The notes below the pieces were generated by a model, which worked only from the letters and a program-made list of their open reading frames with translations, was not told where the DNA came from and did no database searches. 51,673 nucleotides of DNA from a virus (Duplodnaviria > Caudoviricetes). The position numbers were made by a program, and so were the translations under genes. The stretch spans positions 1-51,673 of IMG/VR virus record IMGVR_UViG_3300026051_000003; one strand, given 5' to 3'. Positions 17,118 to 25,897 of the stretch are shown piece by piece; within the stretch, counting starts at the first letter, position 1; each line of letters starts with the position of its first letter.

Positions 17118-19090
17118 TAATCTACCTCGGTAATCAAAGTGATTGCTGCATCGGTGCTGGACGGATTCTTGACCTGCACCAAACGATATGTGCCGCCGCG
17201 CACCATGACCATCGTGGCGGACGGCAGGAATACGCCGGCGCTGGCCCCGGCACTCAGTTGCACGGCATTGTCCGATTCCAGCATGATGTAGCCCGGGGCT
17301 TCCAGCGCCCCCACCACGTTGTCGGTCGTACTGGCCGCCACACTGATGCGGCGTGTGGCGAATTCGCGCCAGGCCTGGTCCTCGGCATCGGAGCGCAGAT
17401 AGTGCAGGCGCAGTCTGTTCTGCGTGGTGCGGAGCGTGCTGTTCAACTCCAGGACCAGCACGTCGGCGTAGAACGGCAGCACATCCAGATACGGCACCGC
17501 ATCGGGGTCATCGGGATCATCAAGGCCGCCGCTGGCCTGCACGTAAACGATCACGGTGTCTGTGTCGTCACTCGTGCTAGTATCTGTGTCCGGAGCACCG
17601 CTGGTGAATGCTGCCGTTGTAGTAAGGGCGCTGGAGGCTGTCCCGGAGTCAACCGTTGCAACAATCGCCAGTGTTGCCGAAGCGCCATCTGCCAGTGTGC
17701 CAGCTGACCAAACCCCGGTTCCGGCCACAAAACTACCGGCGCTAGGCGTATCGCTAACATAGGTCAGCCCACTGGGTAGCGTTACCGTCACGACTACACT
17801 AGACGCATCTTCGCCGGCATTGGAGATGGTCGTTGTCAGTGTGAGCGTTTCACCCTCGATGGGGTACTGCTGGTCCACCACAATACTGACGGTGTAATCG
17901 GTGAGGCCCGCCGGCAACGCGCCCGGAACACCGCCGCCATATCCGCTAGTCAGGTAAGCAAGGGGCCGGACGTCTTTCAGAATCGTGATCGTCAGATCAT
18001 TCGGCAGTACCCAATCATAGGTGCTGGCCGTGTCTACAAAGATAGTGGCTTCCGCTACTCCAACAGCAATAGTATCGTGGGGCCAACCATCGGGAGTTGC
18101 GGATTCTCCACCACCAGTTTCCCAGGGTTTCTGGTACCACCCAACAGAGTTGAGTGTGCCTTCCGTGCCACCAACATCTGGTCCCCCAAGCAGCACGTTA
18201 TAGTCGATCGTCCCCGCCATCGTTACCCCAGTTGATGTATTGCCGCCAAAGAAGGGGAGGATGTTTGTAGCGTGTGTGGAGTTCACAAAGAATAGGTTTC
18301 CGTAAACGTTAACAGTGCCAACGTCAATACTAGAGTTGGGTAAGTACTCCACGGCTGGGATTGTTGCCCCGGCCCCGGTAGATTTGTATACGGTATTGTA
18401 GATCGCGGTTTTTACAGGCGTTGAACTAGTGGTGAGTTGCCCGAAATAGAATGTTGATCCCGAGCATGTAACATCTTCGATACTGACACAGTGGTCGAAC
18501 GTATAAGTATATGTTCCAGCCCCTTCAGCAACTCTACCAGTGTTCTGGAAGTAGCAATAGGAGCACTGCAATACTTCACCGCTTGCCGACGAGACATTCG
18601 CCCAGACATGCCGTAATCCAGCGGCTGCTTGCCCCGAATCTCCGCCTAGAACGGCGCAGTACCGAAATAGCGTCGGCAAAGCAGTTGCTGCCCCATCCCG
18701 AGCGATTGTATAGACGCTCGTATCCGCATACTGCGCCGATGCATCGAAGATCAGGTTTTCAAGAATGTTGTAGCCGGTGTTAGCATTCGAGCGAAACAAG
18801 CGATGCACACCCGCGCCCGCCGGGGCAATCGTTGCCATCGCCGGGGTACCTGAGGAATCCGTCCCCCGAATTTTGTACCCAAAATCAGTAAAGCTAGCTG
18901 GAGTGCCGCCAGATGGGGCGGCTAAGGTCGTTTCGGAAGTAGGCCAGGCATGCGTCGCATCATTAACAACATTGAGGATATCCCCCTTTGCCGCCAACAA
19001 CGCTAGCCCACCTGCAAGCGTTGTCTTCGCGTTTGCATAGGTGAGGCCGTCGCCGTCAGTGCCGAGAGTGCTTACCCAGTACGTAGCCAC
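17117..19090 (-). CDS. adhesin-like virion protein: beta-helix + DUF11 Ig-like domain + C-terminal anchor domain
   Basis: TYWVS..G.DGDG..YANAK.TL start; DUF11 pattern GETLTLTTTISNAG..A..VVVT..LPSGLTYVS...W..GTLA.G.SATL. Confidence 0.75.
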   Translation of the reverse strand: MATYWVSTLGTDGDGLTYANAKTTLAGGLALLAAKGDILNVVNDATHAWPTSETTLAAPSGGTPASFTDFGYKIRGTDSSGTPAMATIAPAGAGVHRLFRSNANTGYNILENLIFDASAQYADTSVYTIARDGAATALPTLFRYCAVLGGDSGQAAAGLRHVWANVSSASGEVLQCSYCYFQNTGRVAEGAGTYTYTFDHCVSIEDVTCSGSTFYFGQLTTSSTPVKTAIYNTVYKSTGAGATIPAVEYLPNSSIDVGTVNVYGNLFFVNSTHATNILPFFGGNTSTGVTMAGTIDYNVLLGGPDVGGTEGTLNSVGWYQKPWETGGGESATPDGWPHDTIAVGVAEATIFVDTASTYDWVLPNDLTITILKDVRPLAYLTSGYGGGVPGALPAGLTDYTVSIVVDQQYPIEGETLTLTTTISNAGEDASSVVVTVTLPSGLTYVSDTPSAGSFVAGTGVWSAGTLADGASATLAIVATVDSGTASSALTTTAAFTSGAPDTDTSTSDDTDTVIVYVQASGGLDDPDDPDAVPYLDVLPFYADVLVLELNSTLRTTQNRLRLHYLRSDAEDQAWREFATRRISVAASTTDNVVGALEAPGYIMLESDNAVQLSAGASAGVFLPSATMVMVRGGTYRLVQVKNPSSTDAAITLITEVD

Positions 19091-19257
19091 TACTTCTTTT
19101 TCCTCTTGCCAACTCGACGCGCCTCGCTGAGTGCGATGGCGACGGCTTGCTTGCGGGACGTCACTTTCTGGCCCGACGAACTCTTGAGCGTGCCGGCTCC
19201 GTACTCATGCATCACTTTAACGATCTTCTTTTTCTGCAGAGGCGTTTTCTTTGCCAT
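19090..19257 (-). CDS. DUF6496-like small basic protein
   Basis: KVMHEY..GTLKSSSG.KVTSRKQAVAIALSEAR. Confidence 0.85.
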   Translation of the reverse strand: MAKKTPLQKKKIVKVMHEYGAGTLKSSSGQKVTSRKQAVAIALSEARRVGKRKKK

Positions 19258-20710
19258 CCTTGCGCTCCAGTACACATACGATATGCTGTCCGTCCCCAGC
19301 TTTCTTGATGCGGAGTTTCCACCCGTTGCGCGTGTAGGGGCGGCAAATCTTGCGAACCAGCGCCTTATCGAAGTTTTCAACATGCTCGGGAACCCTTTCC
19401 GGGGGCATGGTGCCGTTAGGTACGGTGAAGATGAACTTGTCGGGCTTCCAAAAATCGATATGTTGCAGGAATTTGGTGCGCGTAGCCTCGTCCAGATGCT
19501 CCAAAACTTCGGTAGCGATAACTGCATCCAGATCGTAGAATCGTCCGCAATCGTTAATCGGGTCGTCTTCCAAGTTTCGCAGATCAAATACTGACGCATT
19601 CAAGAATCGAGCATCACACTGCATCACTGCCACTTCGCTAATATCAAACCCGCAGTATGTAACTTGTCGGCGCGCTGTTAACATACTGCCAAAGATACCT
19701 GGTCCACACCCAAACTCGGCAACAGCTCCACCATAGGGCACTTCTTCAGCGACTCGCTGGAACATCTCCGGATACTTACGCCACGAGTCCGCGCCTTCGC
19801 GCCCGTACACTTCGTCCCAGTAGTCCTTGGTGTTGATGTTCTTCTGGCGCTGCATCGTGCGGCCCGGCGCATCCACCGGCACTTCGTACATCGTCTGGGT
19901 AGCAATGTCCAGATGCTTGCAGAGTACCTCACCGTGGACATAGACCGGGTGTCCGTGCATGTTCAGCAGCCGGCAGAACCGGATGTCGTGGCCGATCATC
20001 ACTTGCATGTTCATCGCCATGTCCGGCTCGTCTCCCGGCATGATGCGCTCATCCGCCCAGATCGGTATTTCCTCGCCATGCTCTTTGCGCAACTGCTCAA
20101 TCGTATCCACGATGGACGAAACGCGGGCCAGCAGGAAGCCCGCGCCAGCCCCAAAGATAGGCTGCGGCTCCGCACCGTCGCCCATCGGGAAATCCCACCA
20201 GGCACCTTCCCCATGTGCCCGGTATATCAGTGGCTCAATCGGCGCTTGTCGCGTGGTGTACACGGCCGACACTGCGCCTGCCTCTGGGTTGCGCTCCATG
20301 AACGAGTACAGGGTACGTAGCCCCTGCTGCGGGGGAAGCGTGTCATCGTCCCAGTAGAGGATGTACTTGGCGCCCATCCGAATCGCTTCCTTGGTCATAA
20401 TCTGCCGCGCCTCCCCGGAAAGGCGGCCGGCCTGCACCAAGGTTGCAATGACGGTGTTCAGGGGCGTAATCAGTTTGTCCTTCGCCAACGAGAACTGGAT
20501 AGGTACCAGCAACGGCGAGCGTGTGCCCGGCACCCAATACTTCTGTCCGCATCCACCCTGATCAGTAGGGCACCGCAGCACGGTGTTGTCCTCTTTGTCG
20601 CCGCACGGAATCGCAATCACGATAGTCGGCTTGCTGGCCAGCTTGATGCTGGGGCGCGCAATGTCGCGTAATGTGGGGGTGCCGTCAAGGTCTACTGGGT
20701 TAATCATCAC
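19217..20710 (-). CDS. GT2-family glycosyltransferase fused to class I SAM methyltransferase
   Basis: YILYWDDD (DxD), GAGAGFLL, GHDIRFC; EFGCGPG, ATEVLEHL. Confidence 0.85.
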   Translation of the reverse strand: MMINPVDLDGTPTLRDIARPSIKLASKPTIVIAIPCGDKEDNTVLRCPTDQGGCGQKYWVPGTRSPLLVPIQFSLAKDKLITPLNTVIATLVQAGRLSGEARQIMTKEAIRMGAKYILYWDDDTLPPQQGLRTLYSFMERNPEAGAVSAVYTTRQAPIEPLIYRAHGEGAWWDFPMGDGAEPQPIFGAGAGFLLARVSSIVDTIEQLRKEHGEEIPIWADERIMPGDEPDMAMNMQVMIGHDIRFCRLLNMHGHPVYVHGEVLCKHLDIATQTMYEVPVDAPGRTMQRQKNINTKDYWDEVYGREGADSWRKYPEMFQRVAEEVPYGGAVAEFGCGPGIFGSMLTARRQVTYCGFDISEVAVMQCDARFLNASVFDLRNLEDDPINDCGRFYDLDAVIATEVLEHLDEATRTKFLQHIDFWKPDKFIFTVPNGTMPPERVPEHVENFDKALVRKICRPYTRNGWKLRIKKAGDGQHIVCVLERKDGKENASAEKEDR

Positions 20711-20738
20711 TACCTGCTTCCTGCTGTTTCCGCTCCAT

Positions 20739-20921
20739 TTATTTACCTAGAATTGCAATACCGGCAATCTGGCTCTTGTAAAAAGTACCTGTTTTTACAT
20801 TCCCATCCGACATAGCCGTATACTGGAAGACAAGAGCGGTTTCATTGTCGATCAAAATCTCGACATTACGGAACGTGTAAGTGCGTCCGGTTGGGAGAAA
20901 AATACACAAGGATTCTTTCAT
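20739..20921 (-). CDS. hypothetical protein (AT-rich)
   Basis: GGAGG SD, 60 aa. Confidence 0.7.
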   Translation of the reverse strand: MKESLCIFLPTGRTYTFRNVEILIDNETALVFQYTAMSDGNVKTGTFYKSQIAGIAILGK

Positions 20922-20958
20922 ATACTGTCCCTCCTGCTGTTGTCAATCCTGGTGAGGG

Positions 20959-20986
20959 CGGAGGCGGCCCCCACCGGGACCGCCCC
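20959..20986 (-). terminator. GC-rich hairpin after beta-helix gene
   Basis: GGGGGCGGTCCC-GGTG-GGGGCCGCCTCC on minus strand; no U-tract. Confidence 0.4.
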
Positions 20987-20995
20987 CACGAAAAC

Positions 20996-21979
20996 TTACG
21001 CCAAGGTTTCCCCCAGCCCGCCAACGCCGTCTGCAGCGGTAGCCGGTCTGGTGTTGCGGATATGCCCCTCAGCCGTAGTCTGCCAGACACAACTATCGTC
21101 GTCGGTCATAAACCGACTATCGTCCAGCAGAATGAGGCCCTGGGTCAAGGTCGCCTTCAGTTCGAAAATCTGGTCCTGCGGAGTCGCGTAGTTGGCCGAC
21201 ACCGAGTAGAACGTGCAATTTTTGAACATAACGTAACGATCAATCGCGGTAGCATCCTCCAGCACAACATGCTCGTAGCCTGCCGCACTGATGAATGCTG
21301 TAAAGAGACAGTCTTCGAAGACGGTGCGGGTCGCCGCACCATCCAGCCACAGTTCACCCTCGGTACTAGCATCACGAGCAATCGTGTCCAGGCCGATGAC
21401 GCAGCGCCGAAACACGTTCTCCGCGCCGCCATTGATTTTGAGCGACGTGCCGCCGGCCGCAACCTGCGTAGCATGTCCCATCCCGGCGATGTGCATGTCC
21501 TCGAAGGCATTGCGCTGCCCTGTGACCTGGAGGGCAATCAACGACGCCGCATTGTCCACGCCGTGAAAGATCGAGACATTCTTGAACAAACAGCCGCTGG
21601 CCGTCACGTTCACGAGGGGCGACACGCTCGTCGCGGTGGACAACTGAGCGATGCGCGCTCGCTGACTGATGGCGGAGGGCGCCCCCACACCGATCAAGTG
21701 GGTGAGGTCCTTGTTCCACGTCAGCGTAGCGGACTGGTAATCCGTGGTGGCCGATGCCGTGTTGCTTTCAGCGAACAGGAAGATAACATCGTTCTGATTG
21801 GCTGTCGCCAGTGACAGAGCCTTTGCAAGCGTTTTCACAGCACGGGACGGCGATTTTCCCGTATTCCCATCATTCCCAGAAGCGGGTTTGACATACCATG
21901 TATTCCCCTGGGTAAGGATTCCTGCAGGCCCCAAATATACATTCGCAGAGATAACATCAAATCGAGACGGTTCACTCAT
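20996..21979 (-). CDS. beta-helix structural protein (head fibre/decoration-like)
   Basis: WYVKPASGNDGNTGKS...KTL.KAL N-terminus, beta-helix repeats; in capsid module. Confidence 0.7.
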   Translation of the reverse strand: MSEPSRFDVISANVYLGPAGILTQGNTWYVKPASGNDGNTGKSPSRAVKTLAKALSLATANQNDVIFLFAESNTASATTDYQSATLTWNKDLTHLIGVGAPSAISQRARIAQLSTATSVSPLVNVTASGCLFKNVSIFHGVDNAASLIALQVTGQRNAFEDMHIAGMGHATQVAAGGTSLKINGGAENVFRRCVIGLDTIARDASTEGELWLDGAATRTVFEDCLFTAFISAAGYEHVVLEDATAIDRYVMFKNCTFYSVSANYATPQDQIFELKATLTQGLILLDDSRFMTDDDSCVWQTTAEGHIRNTRPATAADGVGGLGETLA

Positions 21980-22044
21980 TTCATTGCCTTTCAATCGCCA
22001 ATCTATTTACCCGCTGTTGGCAGCAGTGGTCTAAATGGCGAAGG

Positions 22045-22485
22045 TTAGTTGCTGCAAAAATCCTCCATGCCAACGGGATTCTTTTTCAAGTCTCGTAATA
22101 GCTGGACAATCGTTGCCTTTCGTTCTTCATGGGCAGGCACAGGGGCATGTTTTGGATTCCGCTTATAAGTGTGAAACTCTAAAAGCAGTTCTGCCTGTTC
22201 CCGCTTATTAACCAAATACGGCAAAATATGATCCACAACTGCAACTGCTTTTGCATGATCAATCTGCCACCGATATCCAGTATTCCACTTTGGGTTTGGG
22301 GTATCATACGATGTGTATACTGTACCTCCAAACATCGCTCGAAGTTTCATAAGAGGTCGAATGTCTGTATTCGTTACCTGAATAGATAATCGATGCCAAG
22401 GACGATCTTTGCGTGGATAAACTGCCAGCAATCCTTCGCCGTCAATAAATCCAGCAGCCCATGCTAAATCAGTTTTGCTAATCAT
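22045..22485 (-). CDS. free-standing LAGLIDADG homing endonuclease
   Basis: WAAGFIDGEG, VTNTD, FGG, ILPYLVNK.EQA; AT-rich. Confidence 0.9.
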   Translation of the reverse strand: MISKTDLAWAAGFIDGEGLLAVYPRKDRPWHRLSIQVTNTDIRPLMKLRAMFGGTVYTSYDTPNPKWNTGYRWQIDHAKAVAVVDHILPYLVNKREQAELLLEFHTYKRNPKHAPVPAHEERKATIVQLLRDLKKNPVGMEDFCSN

Positions 22486-22488
22486 TAC

Positions 22489-23403
22489 CTATGCACCAGC
22501 ACTGCCAACACAGCCCCTCCAATCGGCCGCGCCGTGCGACAAACGGTAGAACATTGCCGTCTTCATGTTGCGCGTGTCGAAATCCAGCGCAGAGTCCGTG
22601 AAGGGCTCCTTACGCCAGTACACGATCACGCGGTGCATGTCCGGGTCGGACAGCAAGAACCAGGCATCCTTGTCGGTGAGGTACTTGCTGAAGATCGGCA
22701 TGAGCCCAAGCTGGTTGAGAGCGTTGGACGCATTGTTCGCCGTGTCGGAGCGAAGCTGGCTCCGGAGCAACTCGTGGATGTCCCACTGCAGGTCCGGATG
22801 GGCCAGCAGACGCCGACCTTCCATCTCGATCAACTGGTTCCGCTCATCGCGCATATCGCTATACACGTTGATGGCCGCTTCGAGCGTACCCTGAGCAAGA
22901 TCGCCAGTGATGAGGTTGTCGAAGGTGCCGCCGCCCGTCAGGACGTGAGCATCCGAGCACAGATACTGACCATCCGGCGTGGTCGTGGACGCGAAGGCGC
23001 CGTTCCACACCGAGAACAGTTCCGTCTCGATGCTGTTGCGGGCCGCACGCGCCAGAGCCGGCGCAGCGTCCGTGATGGCCCCGTCAATGTCATCCTCCAT
23101 AGCTTCGAACGAGAGCTGGAAGCCCTTGCCCCACGTTTCGTGCGTGAAGCGTTTGTCGTAAGCCTGGAGCAACTTGTCGAACTCTACCTTCGCCGCCTCG
23201 GACTTCTTACCGAACTGCGAGAAACCGGTGATGCCGGTGATTTCCTCGTAAGCTCGACTGGAGTCCCTGACGTTGAAGACCTCCGGGTACGTCAGACCCG
23301 GCGCGTTGTAGTTCTCAAACATGATCTCATCGATATACGGCAACCGACTCGCAAAAAGGTCGGTAAATTGACCGCGTACCATGATGTTTCCGGCACTAGC
23401 CAT
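22489..23403 (-). CDS. major capsid protein (HK97 fold, Mu-like gpT-related)
   Basis: SSRAYEE...GF, PDG..L.S..H, G..DWRG..GS.G C-terminus; follows scaffold. Confidence 0.88.
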   Translation of the reverse strand: MASAGNIMVRGQFTDLFASRLPYIDEIMFENYNAPGLTYPEVFNVRDSSRAYEEITGITGFSQFGKKSEAAKVEFDKLLQAYDKRFTHETWGKGFQLSFEAMEDDIDGAITDAAPALARAARNSIETELFSVWNGAFASTTTPDGQYLCSDAHVLTGGGTFDNLITGDLAQGTLEAAINVYSDMRDERNQLIEMEGRRLLAHPDLQWDIHELLRSQLRSDTANNASNALNQLGLMPIFSKYLTDKDAWFLLSDPDMHRVIVYWRKEPFTDSALDFDTRNMKTAMFYRLSHGAADWRGCVGSAGA

Positions 23404-23417
23404 TAGTACTTACCTCC

Positions 23418-23972
23418 TTATGCGATACCAGCCTGCTCAGAAGCGAACAGGTGGTAGAGCGGGTGAATCTTGACGATGACTCGCGCATTCGCCAAGGTGA
23501 TGTCGTTCTCCGGGTCCGTCGAAACACGGATGCCCTGCAGCGGGGAACACACGGTCGTCGTATGCCCGCTGGTTGCCGTACTGCCATCCAGTTCCGCAAT
23601 CGACTGCAGCGTCGTGGTATTGCCGCCCGTCGTGTTCACGAAACTGAAGTTGGCCCCTACAAATCCGCCCGGTCCCGTCACCGTGTTGTCATCCATCTGG
23701 ATTTCGTACAGCTGATCGGGATCATCGTAAATCAGCAGGGACTGGGTGGTCGTGCTACTCGTCAGAGGATGCACGGCCGCGCCCACAAAACGGAGGGCAG
23801 TTGTCGGGGTGGCAGTCCAACCCACAACCTGGCCCGTCGTATTCATCGCCATCGGCTCGCCCTCGTACACTGCCGTAGACGCTTTCAGCGTATAGGGGTT
23901 TACCTGAGGGGCCGTGCCGGCTTTGCCATTGTTGATGGCTCGAAGTCCGGCCGGAAAGTCAATGTTAGCCAT
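23418..23972 (-). CDS. capsid cement/decoration protein
   Basis: MANID.P.GLR start, YDDPDQLYEIQ.D; immediately upstream of MCP. Confidence 0.7.
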   Translation of the reverse strand: MANIDFPAGLRAINNGKAGTAPQVNPYTLKASTAVYEGEPMAMNTTGQVVGWTATPTTALRFVGAAVHPLTSSTTTQSLLIYDDPDQLYEIQMDDNTVTGPGGFVGANFSFVNTTGGNTTTLQSIAELDGSTATSGHTTTVCSPLQGIRVSTDPENDITLANARVIVKIHPLYHLFASEQAGIA

Positions 23973-24615
23973 TGTTGTCCTTGTTTGTTAGCTCCTGAAT
24001 GGCGGAACCACTGCCGGTGCCAGGATCAAACGTGCTGAGATTGCTGCCACGCTTTTCAACGTGGTAGGGGTTCTCGTCACGCTTGCTACCCTCACCCACA
24101 ATGCTGACGCCTTTCCGAAGTGTGGTAATCGTGGATTCGTCATAATTGCCCCTGCGACGCATTGACTCCAGGACCGGCTTCATCCGGCGGCTCTCGAACA
24201 CACGCGCATCAAGGCGCCCCAGCACGAGGTCCGCGCGCCGGATATTGTTATCCAGCCCGGCGGGACCCACCATGCGCTCCGGCGGTTCCTTGACACACTT
24301 CAGGGCTTCCGTGGCATATGCATCGTCCCATGTCATAAAGACCCAACCGCGTTTGCCGCGGCGGTCCCGGTACTTGGGCGACAGCCACCGAAGCACCTGG
24401 CCCTCGGGATACTCATTGTCCGGAGGGATGGTGCCGTCGATCTTAAACGGATTCTGTATATCATACGGGTCAAACAGTACGGCTATTTCTCGCTCGATCA
24501 ATTCTGAGTCGATGCCGGGTTTCCCCTCGCGCAGTTCCTTTTTGAGGTCCTGCACCATTTGCTGAAGTTTTGCAACTTCATTCTGCTCGTTGGTCATAGT
24601 AGGTTCGTTGCTCAT
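23965..24615 (-). CDS. hypothetical head-module protein
   Basis: EG..LRWL...GW...IRR.DLVL pattern; between scaffold and MCP. Confidence 0.7.
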   Translation of the reverse strand: MSNEPTMTNEQNEVAKLQQMVQDLKKELREGKPGIDSELIEREIAVLFDPYDIQNPFKIDGTIPPDNEYPEGQVLRWLSPKYRDRRGKRGWVFMTWDDAYATEALKCVKEPPERMVGPAGLDNNIRRADLVLGRLDARVFESRRMKPVLESMRRRGNYDESTITTLRKGVSIVGEGSKRDENPYHVEKRGSNLSTFDPGTGSGSAIQELTNKDNNG

Positions 24616-24618
24616 GTG

Positions 24619-25437
24619 TTACGCCTTCTTCTGGATGTGGTCAGACAGGTGCTCGCTGTAGTATTCGGCCCGCTCCTTCAAGCGGTCCGTGTTGAAATCC
24701 TTGCCCTTCGGCAGAGCCCGCTTCAGCTTTGCAGCCAGAGTTGGGTCTATCTTGGCCTTGGATTCCGCGGCGGGTGCCGGCGAAGTGCGCGTGGTGGCAG
24801 TTTTGCCCGACACGACACGGCGCTGGCGAGGCCGAACGTCACGCTGGATAGCAATATCGTTGGCCAGGTCATATACGACGCGCGGATTGCGCGCCACGAC
24901 TGCGGGGTCAAGCGCGGACAGCATCTGGTCTACTTCGCGCGCAAAGTCGCTGGTGTAGTCCTTCAGGTCCGGGTACCGCTCCACCGCCATCGTGGTGTAA
25001 TACGCCCGCTGCTTAGCAAACTCCTGTTGCGCCGTGAAGCTGGAGAACCGTTTCTCCACCAAATCCTCAGTGCGGCGCGTACTCAAATACGCCTCGAATG
25101 CCTCTTTCTGCCCCTCGGGGACCTGTGCCCGGAGGTTTTCGAGCTGCGACACAGACATTGCGTCGAGTTCATTCGCGGGTTCTTGTTTCGCGGCAGGTTT
25201 GCTCGCCAGAAGTGCAGTCCGCAATTCGCGGATTTCATTCCGCAGGGACTGCTCCAGACGATCCTGCTTTCGCACAAGTTCGCCGCGCACATTGTCTAGC
25301 GTGCGGCCTTTGTCGCCCTTGCCCTTTTCGTCAGTTTCCTCGACGTCAGTTTCCTGGTCGATCACTTCCTCGGACTCGGACTCTGTGGCAGGCGACTCCA
25401 CCATTACGCCTTCAAGGTGCTCACGTAGACTATTCAT
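24619..25437 (-). CDS. capsid scaffolding protein
   Basis: Acidic N-terminus, coiled coil, YPDL; synteny. Confidence 0.75.
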   Translation of the reverse strand: MNSLREHLEGVMVESPATESESEEVIDQETDVEETDEKGKGDKGRTLDNVRGELVRKQDRLEQSLRNEIRELRTALLASKPAAKQEPANELDAMSVSQLENLRAQVPEGQKEAFEAYLSTRRTEDLVEKRFSSFTAQQEFAKQRAYYTTMAVERYPDLKDYTSDFAREVDQMLSALDPAVVARNPRVVYDLANDIAIQRDVRPRQRRVVSGKTATTRTSPAPAAESKAKIDPTLAAKLKRALPKGKDFNTDRLKERAEYYSEHLSDHIQKKA

Positions 25438-25494
25438 AGGTCCTCCATTTACGCCGGAAGTGGCGAACGCGCATCAGCGCGGGTTATGGTCAAA

Positions 25495-25707
25495 CTACTT
25501 CGATTTCCGCTTTCTCTGCGGATTCTTGCCGGCCAGCATTGTGGCTGCCGTTTTCGCAATAGGGCTATTCACTCTTGAGTTCTTGACAACAGACTCCAGC
25601 GTACTGGAGCTAAGGTTCATCTTTCCCCAGGTCTTTATGGGGACCGTACCGCTCGTAATCATACTCGTGGTCTTATCAAGAGACTTTGCTTTCCTCCACT
25701 CACTCAT
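25495..25707 (-). CDS. small basic hypothetical protein
   Basis: AAGGA SD, start MSEWRKAK. Confidence 0.55.
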   Translation of the reverse strand: MSEWRKAKSLDKTTSMITSGTVPIKTWGKMNLSSSTLESVVKNSRVNSPIAKTAATMLAGKNPQRKRKSK

Positions 25708-25897
25708 TCGTATCCTTTCCCAGCGACTGCAAATATTCAATCGCCATTCTATAGCCGTCATATCTGCCCATCGCTTGGGCTACTTTAGTTTCTGTTCGGG
25801 CGGCCTGCATAACGGTATCCCGATGCTGTTCGAGTTGCTGATACAAGTCGCGCAGGATGAGTTGCCATTCCGGGCCGCGTGTAAGTTCGTATGCTAT
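25700..25897 (-). CDS. small post-portal helical protein (apparent ATA start)
   Basis: Open frame AYELTRGPEWQLIL...AMGRYDGYRMAIEYL fills the gap after portal; absent from ORF track. Confidence 0.6.
   Translation of the reverse strand: MAYELTRGPEWQLILRDLYQQLEQHRDTVMQAARTETKVAQAMGRYDGYRMAIEYLQSLGKDTNE

Noticed and set aside
22045-23403. Group I intron in the capsid gene
   Set aside because: Capsid ORF ends with its normal C-terminal motif; no downstream exon or intron core seen
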